NCBI GenBank assembly: GCA_903858655.1 | Contig: CAIOJS010000489.1 | Coordinates: forward strand, 1-35,813 | DNA length: 35,813 nt | Direction: 5' to 3' | DNA from: an uncultured bacterium | GTDB taxonomy: Bacteria; Bacteroidota; Bacteroidia; Bacteroidales; CAIWKO01 | In this document: positions 27,368 to 33,503 of the stretch, in pieces | Layout of the letters: every line of letters starts with the position of its first letter | Position numbering within the stretch: position 1 is the first letter of the stretch | Position numbers and translations under genes: made by a program | The notes under the pieces: generated by a model | Told to the model about the DNA's origin: nothing | Database searches by the model: none | What the model saw: only the letters and a program-made list of their open reading frames with translations

Positions 27368-27916
27368 ATGACATCAAATTCCAATGCAGCCATCACACTG
27401 CTCGACGTGGTAGAATCCATCCGCAACGTGCCCGATTTCCCCATCCCCGGCATACAGTTTAAAGACATCACCACCGCCATCAAACGTCCCGAGATTTTTC
27501 GCTATATGCTCGACCAAACCGCTGCCTATTACCAAAACATGGGCATCACCAAAGTGGTTGGCATCGAATCGCGCGGCTTCATCTTGGGCGGCGCTTTGGC
27601 AGCTCGCCTCAACGCAGGCTTCGTGCCCATTCGCAAACCCGGCAAACTGCCCGCGCCCACTTTTTCCAAATCCTATAGTTTGGAATATGGCGAAAACATC
27701 CTCCACATCCATCAAGACGCCTTAGAAACCAACGACGTGGTGTTGCTCCACGACGACTTGCTTGCCACAGGCGGCTCTGCCAAAGCAGCCATCGAACTCA
27801 TCCGCAACTTCGCCGTGAAATCCATCCACGTGAATTTCATCTGCGAACTCAGCTTCCTGAACGGCGCCGCGCAAATCGGTGAGGGGATAGAGGTGTTTTC
27901 GTTGGTGAAGTTCTAA
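27368..27916 (+). CDS. apt: Adenine phosphoribosyltransferase
   Basis: VPDFPIPGIQFKDIT, GIESRGFILGGALA, and the PRPP loop VLLHDDLLATGGSA. Confidence 0.93.
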   Translation: MTSNSNAAITLLDVVESIRNVPDFPIPGIQFKDITTAIKRPEIFRYMLDQTAAYYQNMGITKVVGIESRGFILGGALAARLNAGFVPIRKPGKLPAPTFSKSYSLEYGENILHIHQDALETNDVVLLHDDLLATGGSAKAAIELIRNFAVKSIHVNFICELSFLNGAAQIGEGIEVFSLVKF

Positions 27917-28300
27917 AGGTTCGCGCTTAAGAGGCAACTCAAAGAAATCCCAAAAATAAAATAATTTATCCGAATAAAAATATTTTTGAAAATACCCAGT
28001 GTTTTTTTGAAAAATTACGTTTATATGTTTAGCTGTCTCTTGATGGCATCACAATAGGCGATAAAAGGACTAAGGACCCTTTTACCAATTAGTATATTGA
28101 TGTTTCAAAATATTTATTATGAAGCATTTATTATTATTTGATGCAGCATTTCCCTGAATTAGATACTAAAATCAAATGTATGATGCAGATAAGATTAATA
28201 GTAATTTTGAAGCAATTGGAAAAAGTTCTTTGAATAACCTGTCTCCTTAACTATTGATATTACTGAATTATAAGAAATCATTGGGCTAAGTCGTCGTATT

Positions 28301-28308
28301 TAAATTTG
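28301..28308 (+). promoter_or_regulatory. -7 promoter box TAAATTTG immediately upstream of repeat array 4
   Basis: Perfect TAnnTTTG ending 12 nt before the first repeat unit (28321). I saw no clear -33 TTTG. Confidence 0.4.
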
Positions 28309-28320
28309 TCAATACATACT

Positions 28321-28580
28321 ATAATTTCGGATAATCAAGCAGGATTTCGGATAATCAAGCAGAATATCAGATATTCAAGCAGGATTTCGGAAATTCAAGC
28401 AGAATATCGGAAATTCAAGCTGAATATCGAAAATCCAAGCTGAATATCGGACAATTAAGCAGAATATCGGATAATCAAACAGAATATCGGACAATCAAGT
28501 AGAATATCGGAAATTCAAGCAGAATATCGGATAATCTAGCAGAATATCAGAAATCCAAGCAGAATGTCGGAAAACCAAGC
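28321..28580 (+). repeat. Array 4: 13 gap-free copies of a 20-bp direct repeat (consensus AGAATATCGGAWAWTCAAGC)
   Basis: Units tile 28321-28580 exactly every 20 nt. Positions 4, 5, 7, 8, 11, 13 and 18 are invariant, and most variation is at positions 6, 12, 14 and 15. No ORF of 60 aa or more crosses it in any frame. Confidence 0.95.
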
Positions 28581-28707
28581 AGAGCTTAGCAACTTTAACT
28601 AAATGATGATCCAATGGAGTTACGGATTACACAAAGAATTCAAATGAAATGCATAATAACACTTTAGTTAAAAATAAATATTAATTTAATCTTAAAAACT
28701 TAAAAAT

Positions 28708-29382
28708 ATGTTTTATTCTGTTGCATTACTTGATTTTGTTAAATTATCAATCGTACTATTAATTGAAAGAGGCTATTTTGTAGCTTCATGTTTAACATCT
28801 AACCCAACGTTTCCTGCGCCTTTTGTGTTGGCAGCGCAAATAACCACCTTGACGGATACTTTGAAAACCGCTTGGCTGGCTTATGAAGCGAATCCAGGAA
28901 CTGACGAAAAAGAAGCTCTTGATTTAGCCCATGACGCTCTGATAGAGGCTTTGCTATCCAATGCCGGTTACGTGACAGGCAAATCGGCTGGAGACCCTAT
29001 TAAAATAAAATCAGGTGGCTACACTCCTTCAAAGGAAAGACACATGAATGAGAAACCCCCTTACGACGCCAAACCTGGTTCAAACCCGGGACGCGTCAAA
29101 CTATATTATCAAAAAGGTGAGCAGGATGTGACCGTTATTTGGTTAGAATTTCATGGAGCCGAAGCCCCCGCAAGTATTTCGGATTATGCTCCAAGCGCAG
29201 GCACGACTTACGATAGTATCGAATTAACGGGATATACTTCTGGTGAATGGATTAATTTTGTTGTTCGCCCATCGCAGTCAAAGGCGATGGCAAATTCCAT
29301 TGGACTCCACCCTTGCTTGTGTTGGTACCATAAGCTTAGGGCATTGAAAGCAAAAAGGACAAGCTTGGACAAGCGGGAATGA
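28708..29382 (+). CDS. Hypothetical protein with an N-terminal helical region and a C-terminal Fn3/Ig-like beta-sandwich (uncharacterised Bacteroidota family, by eye)
   Basis: 224 aa. LTSNPTFPAPFVLAAQITTLTDTLKTAW and ...AGYVTGKSAGDPIKIKSGGYTPSK resemble a recurrent uncharacterised family. The C-terminal GRVKLYYQKGEQDVTVIWLEF...YTSGEWINFVVRP looks Fn3-like. Confidence 0.55.
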   Translation: MFYSVALLDFVKLSIVLLIERGYFVASCLTSNPTFPAPFVLAAQITTLTDTLKTAWLAYEANPGTDEKEALDLAHDALIEALLSNAGYVTGKSAGDPIKIKSGGYTPSKERHMNEKPPYDAKPGSNPGRVKLYYQKGEQDVTVIWLEFHGAEAPASISDYAPSAGTTYDSIELTGYTSGEWINFVVRPSQSKAMANSIGLHPCLCWYHKLRALKAKRTSLDKRE

Positions 29383-29403
29383 TGATTAAATCTATGATAA
29401 TGC

Positions 29404-30027
29404 ATGAATAAAAATAGGGATTATAATTGGCAAGAAATCTTTAAAGAAAAGTCTAATAAGGAGCTCTATGATATATATTGCGGAAATTCCTTTCTGCCTA
29501 TCTCTGTTCTTGAATTTGCAAAAAACGAGTTGGAGAATCGGAATTTTGATTTTAAGGGTATAAAAAACATGATTATTGATCTAAAAGTTGAAGCCTTAGC
29601 AGAAGAAGCTTCACGAATTAATTTATTCTTTCAGAAAAGACCGCACGTTTCATTAAAATCAGGACTTATCACCATGTTGATTTTACTATTCCTATTTATT
29701 CTTTTTTCCCAATATTATGATATCCCAATAATCTTTCCAATCCTGATTTCAGGATTTGCGTCATTAGGTTTTCTTATTGATTCGCTGATAACAAACTATA
29801 TCCGAAAGAAAAAATTCATCCGACTTGAAAAAATTGAAAAAGAGATACGGTCTCTGATAAGCCAACAAAATCAAAATAACAATAAAGAAGATACACTTTC
29901 AATTTTTGATTTCGATAAAATTGTGCAAACAAAAGTTCTTTCTGATTTAAAACAAGATCGTAATCTAGCGATTGTAGTGGTTTTAATATTAATCACTATT
30001 TTGCTCATTAAATTTATTATTTCATGA
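29404..30027 (+). CDS. Hypothetical membrane protein with a soluble N-terminal ~80 aa and three predicted TM helices
   Basis: 207 aa. Hydrophobic stretches are LITMLILLFLFILF, IPIIFPILISGFASLGFLIDSLI and the C-terminal LAIVVVLILITILLIKFII. Start is 21 nt after the preceding stop. Confidence 0.55.
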   Translation: MNKNRDYNWQEIFKEKSNKELYDIYCGNSFLPISVLEFAKNELENRNFDFKGIKNMIIDLKVEALAEEASRINLFFQKRPHVSLKSGLITMLILLFLFILFSQYYDIPIIFPILISGFASLGFLIDSLITNYIRKKKFIRLEKIEKEIRSLISQQNQNNNKEDTLSIFDFDKIVQTKVLSDLKQDRNLAIVVVLILITILLIKFIIS

Positions 30028-30130
30028 GTCCCTATTAGGCGGAGGTTCTACCTCCGTCTTGTCTATCCTTTTAGGCTTCTGCCTAATACCTTTTATCTAC
30101 AAAAGCACTAAGCAAAACTTTATTACTTTA
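30028..30130 (+). repeat. Direct repeat copy A (~103 nt), starting immediately after the stop of gene 29404-30027
   Basis: Aligns without gaps to 30938-31040. Both begin GTCCCT, both contain a GC hairpin (here CGGAGGT-TCT-ACCTCCG at 30040-30056), and the 3' ~55 nt (AGGCTTYTGCCTAATACCTYTTATCTACAAAAGCAYTAA..AAAACTTTATTACTTTA) are ~90% identical. Confidence 0.8.
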
Positions 30131-30201
30131 GTAACAAAACAAAATCCGATGTTATTTTTTGTCAAATGATAGTTTTTTTTATTTAGTATTATTAAAAAGC
30201 A

Positions 30202-30241
30202 TAAATTTGCAGTATGATAATTTTCTTGATTATTAAATTTG
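30202..30241 (+). promoter_or_regulatory. Two perfect -7 boxes (TAAATTTG at 30202-30209 and at 30234-30241) upstream of the HEPN gene
   Basis: Both match TAnnTTTG. The proximal one ends 12 nt before ATG 30254. Confidence 0.45.
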
Positions 30242-30253
30242 AGATTTTAAATA

Positions 30254-30652
30254 ATGACAAACGAACAACATATACAATTTTTAATCAGGCAGGCAGATGA
30301 AGATTTTGGGGCTACAGAGGCTTTGTATCAGAGTGGTTTTTTTGGACAATCTTTATTTTGGGCACATTTGACTTTGGAAAAGTTATGTAAAGCACTGTGG
30401 ATATTTAAAAATGAAAATGAGAAATATCCTTATGTTCACAATTTACTTCGACTTTTAAAAGAATGTAATATTGTATTGTCTGAGGATCAGATACTTTTTT
30501 ATGCAGAAATGAATCAGTTTCAAGCAGCAGGCAGATATGGAGATTATTTAAAAAAACTTGAAGAAAGTATCACTTCAGATGTTTGCATAAATTTATTGAT
30601 AGAAGTTAAAAAACAGATGTTATGGATAAAACAGCAGATGCAAAACAAATAG
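30254..30652 (+). CDS. HEPN-domain protein (PF05168-like)
   Basis: 132 aa, all-helical. WAHLTLEKLCKALW, YVHNLLRLLKE and AAGRYGDY fit the HEPN pattern (A.EKalKa...H.L..L...RYp). Overlaps the following nucleotidyltransferase gene by 31 nt. Confidence 0.7.
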   Translation: MTNEQHIQFLIRQADEDFGATEALYQSGFFGQSLFWAHLTLEKLCKALWIFKNENEKYPYVHNLLRLLKECNIVLSEDQILFYAEMNQFQAAGRYGDYLKKLEESITSDVCINLLIEVKKQMLWIKQQMQNK

Positions 30653-30933
30653 CAATCAACTTTGTGAAGACGTGTGTTAACTATGGGATACCTTTGTCGG
30701 AAGCCTATCTGTTTGGTTCGTGGGCAAAAGGAACCGCCACTGCTAATTCCGACATCGATCTTGCTATAGTTGCTTCTTCTTTTGGAAGAAATATCATCGA
30801 AAACTCTAGGCAAACCGCATTAATTAACTATGAATTTTCTGATGTTGAAGTGCATCATTTTAGTCCAAATGATTTTAATTCTGACGATCCTTTTATCAAC
30901 GAAATTAAACGAACAGGATTGAAAATACTATAA
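30622..30933 (+). CDS. Minimal nucleotidyltransferase (MNT, Pol-beta superfamily), partner of the HEPN protein
   Basis: 103 aa with LFGSWAKGTATANSDIDLAIV, which is the GS-x(9-11)-DxD active-site signature of MNT/NTP_transf_2 proteins. Confidence 0.8.
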   Translation: MDKTADAKQIAINFVKTCVNYGIPLSEAYLFGSWAKGTATANSDIDLAIVASSFGRNIIENSRQTALINYEFSDVEVHHFSPNDFNSDDPFINEIKRTGLKIL

Positions 30934-30937
30934 ACAA

Positions 30938-31040
30938 GTCCCTTTCAGAGGCAACCTCTGCCTCCGGAAGCAATATCTTTACAGGCTTTTGCCTAATACC
31001 TCTTATCTACAAAAGCATTAAAAAAACTTTATTACTTTAT
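30938..31040 (+). repeat. Direct repeat copy B (~103 nt), starting 4 nt after the MNT stop
   Basis: Gap-free alignment to 30028-30130 (see copy A). Its hairpin CAGAGG-CAA-CCTCTG lies at 30946-30960. Confidence 0.8.
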
Positions 31041-31205
31041 GCAACAGCAACAAACTAATAAAGTAAAAGATGCGGTGAGTAACCCCTGTTACTAAACTAA
31101 TAAAGTTTGAAACCGCTTGTCTGAAGTTTGCAACTCTGTTGGGCGGTCTCTAGCACTTTAAATACTTGAAGTACTTTAGGCACTTTAAGTACTTCTCCCC
31201 CTCTT

Positions 31206-32072
31206 TCAACATCCACACGGCAAATACAAATCATCTCTCGGATTGATAAGCATGATAGGCAGTTTGTATTTGTTTTCAATGATTTTCTTTTCTTTCAAAC
31301 CAAACAACAAATCGTCAACCGCCACCTCCTTGGTCGCCATAATCACTATCATATCGCCTTGGTTCATCCACGCATAATCCACAGCATATTTATCTATGTC
31401 GCAGGTGATATCCGGCTCTTTTATCAACTCATACGCCACGCCGAGATTATTAAACAACTTCTCCACCAATACAATATTGGTGCGCAAGGAAGCAGCAAAA
31501 TACGTATCCTTGTATTTGCGTGTCAACACCGTCACTCTCGATTGGTTCAAGGTGCTGATATAGCCCGACCAAGCCGATTTCTCTTTCGATTCGCGATTAA
31601 AATCTAAGGGCAAAATAATATTTTCATACATCGTTTTGCGGGGCAATTCGTCGTGCACTATAATAATAGGTATGCGCAAATCTCTATAATCCGTCACTAG
31701 GGAGCTTGACGAAAAACAATGTACTTTCGATTTAAAGCTGTTCATGCCTGCCATCACCGCAATGGCATTCAGTTTCTCATAAAAATCATGAATAACTTGC
31801 TGCACTTCGCCTTTAAAAACATACACATTCGCCATGATCCCGTCTTGCGAAATGATTCTATTGGCTATCTCCCCCAATGCTTTTTTCCTGCCTTCTGTCA
31901 CTTCAATATCTTTGACTTCAAGTTTTGCGATTATTTTAGTAACAATATAAAAAATACTTATTTCGCACTTAAACAGTCTCGCCAATTCAATACCGTAAAG
32001 CAAAGCATTGTCGGCAGCTTTCGAAAAATCGTAAGGAATTAATATCTGTTGTTTTGGAGTTGGTTCTGTCAT
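31206..32072 (-). CDS. Universal stress protein (tandem UspA domains)
   Basis: 288 aa. ILIPYDFSKAADNALLYGIELARLFKCEISIFYI, plus a second half with ILPLDFNRESKEK..., as in two-domain Bacteroidota Usp proteins. Confidence 0.7.
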   Translation of the reverse strand: MTEPTPKQQILIPYDFSKAADNALLYGIELARLFKCEISIFYIVTKIIAKLEVKDIEVTEGRKKALGEIANRIISQDGIMANVYVFKGEVQQVIHDFYEKLNAIAVMAGMNSFKSKVHCFSSSSLVTDYRDLRIPIIIVHDELPRKTMYENIILPLDFNRESKEKSAWSGYISTLNQSRVTVLTRKYKDTYFAASLRTNIVLVEKLFNNLGVAYELIKEPDITCDIDKYAVDYAWMNQGDMIVIMATKEVAVDDLLFGLKEKKIIENKYKLPIMLINPRDDLYLPCGC

Positions 32073-32088
32073 TTCTACATAAAAAAGA

Positions 32089-32096
32089 CAAAGGTA
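32089..32096 (-). promoter_or_regulatory. -7 promoter box (TACCTTTG on the minus strand) for usp
   Basis: Plus strand reads CAAAGGTA, a perfect TAnnTTTG on the minus strand, 16 nt upstream of the ATG at 32072. Confidence 0.5.
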
Positions 32097-32097
32097 T

Positions 32098-32124
32098 AAA
32101 AAAAAGCAACCTCGGGCGAGGTTG
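32098..32124 (-). terminator. Rho-independent terminator of the M28 peptidase operon
   Basis: GCAACCTC-GGGC-GAGGTTGC (32105-32124) is a perfect 8-bp GC-rich stem. It is followed on the minus strand by T7 (the plus-strand A run at 32098-32104). Confidence 0.8.
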
Positions 32125-32248
32125 CTTCATTATTATGGGAAAAATTTGAGGCATTGGAAGGGTCAGAAACAAATACCTCAAATGGATATTAGGGATAACT
32201 ATATAAACGCCAAAAAACAAAAATAACTGGGTGGTTATGAAATTATTT

Positions 32249-33502
32249 TTATAACGAGCTTACAAAATGCAAAATTAAATTGAAAAGTTCAGAGTATTTC
32301 GTCAAGGGAAGCCCTGCTGCTTTGTCGGTTACGGTATGATACTCCTTATATTCGGTGCCGAGAGTGTAAATAAAAAAACTCTTCACCCCTTTTTTATAAA
32401 AGTAATAATGGTCGCTATTGGCTGCTTCGCCACGTTCGTTCACGCTTTTCAGATATTTCCCCGCTTCGTTCAGTTGCTTCAAAGTTTCAAACTCCTTTTT
32501 AAAGATACTTCCGTTCACCACTTTGATGCCATCGCTGCCTGTGCCAACCATATCTAAATTCAACATAAATTTAATCTTCCGCAAAGGAAACAGCGGAAAC
32601 TTCGTATAATATTCCGAACCCACCAAACCCGCTTCTTCTCCCGAGAAGAAAATAAAACACACGGAATAATCCGGGCGGTTTTCAGGCTGAGCATAATAAG
32701 CCGCCAAATCGAGCAACATGGCTGTGCCACTAGCATTATCATTGGCGCCGGGGAAATAGGCTTTGTTGCCAATCATCCCCAAATGATCGTAATGTGCACC
32801 AAACACCACAAAACTATCGGGATATATCTTCCCGGGAATATATCCAACCACATTTTGTGAAGGATAATTGCTGAGCAGTTTCGCATGAATATTTACAGAT
32901 ATATTCGTAATTTTTTCGGGTAACGCACTGCGATTGATAGTGATTTCTGCATGTTTCTTCTCGTTCTGTTCCTGCGCCACATGCCATGAGATCCCTTTAT
33001 CGCGGATAAAAACCAACAAAGGCGTTTCTTCAAGTTTTTTGTTTTTCAAATCTTTAAACCCCGTATCCACCACCAAAGCCAATTTCGAGTGATTTTGATT
33101 GTTGAACTTTTTGGTAAGCTTTTCCGAACTCAATGTGTTTCCATCAACCAATAAGATTTTATAGCTATCCTTCATAGTTTGCGCATCAGGCGACACCATA
33201 AAATCAACGCCGGGCTGTTTATCAACACCGTTTATTTTTAGGGCTACATCATCGGGAAAGGTATTCACATTGATATGAAAAATCTGAAAATAACTCGTAT
33301 CAAAACATTTGACTTGGTCTTTTTTGAGTTGTTTTGCAATAAACGCGGCAGCAATTTTATCCCCATTATTCACATATCCACGACCATAAAACTCAGGCGA
33401 TGCCAGCGTATCTATCATGCTTTTGACATAGGGAAGATTTTGAGAAAAAAGAATGGAGGAGCCGAGCCAAGCAAGGCAAAAAACAATAACAGTTCTTTTC
33501 AT
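32249..33502 (-). CDS. M28-family zinc aminopeptidase
   Basis: 417 aa with a signal peptide. Carries HYDHLG, GANDNASGTAMLLDLA and FFSGEEAGLVGSEYY metal-ligand motifs. Confidence 0.85.
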   Translation of the reverse strand: MKRTVIVFCLAWLGSSILFSQNLPYVKSMIDTLASPEFYGRGYVNNGDKIAAAFIAKQLKKDQVKCFDTSYFQIFHINVNTFPDDVALKINGVDKQPGVDFMVSPDAQTMKDSYKILLVDGNTLSSEKLTKKFNNQNHSKLALVVDTGFKDLKNKKLEETPLLVFIRDKGISWHVAQEQNEKKHAEITINRSALPEKITNISVNIHAKLLSNYPSQNVVGYIPGKIYPDSFVVFGAHYDHLGMIGNKAYFPGANDNASGTAMLLDLAAYYAQPENRPDYSVCFIFFSGEEAGLVGSEYYTKFPLFPLRKIKFMLNLDMVGTGSDGIKVVNGSIFKKEFETLKQLNEAGKYLKSVNERGEAANSDHYYFYKKGVKSFFIYTLGTEYKEYHTVTDKAAGLPLTKYSELFNLILHFVSSL

Positions 33503-33503
33503 C

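Noticed and set aside
28033-28044. CTGTCTCTTGAT, identical to the first 12 nt of the IS50/Tn5 inside end as I remember it, suggesting an IS4-family terminal repeat.
   Set aside because: No inverted partner, no transposase ORF and no target-site duplication are visible. A similar direct (not inverted) CTGTCTCCTT lies at ~28249. This is most likely a chance match or an unrecognisable relic.
28321-28580. A CRISPR interpretation of the 20-21-bp repeat arrays (also 8063-8335 and 21328-21537).
   Set aside because: The repeats are directly abutting with no unique spacers, the units are shorter than CRISPR repeats, and there are no cas genes in the window.
30028-30130. Integron attC sites or a CALIN as the explanation for the cassette-flanking repeats, prompted by ATTAGGC ... 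GCCTAAT resembling GTTRRRY/RYYYAAC cores.
   Set aside because: The order of the core-like motifs is inverted relative to attC (R''...R'). The first base of the R' core-like motif is A rather than G. There is no intI and no attI, and only two copies are visible. The cassette-like behaviour is kept as a finding, but not the integron label.
31097-31279. A 60-aa ORF (minus strand) with a KVL-rich product, overlapping the usp 3' end.
   Set aside because: It is generated by the AAGTACTT/CACTTTAA repeat cluster and overlaps the well-supported usp gene. It has no coding features.
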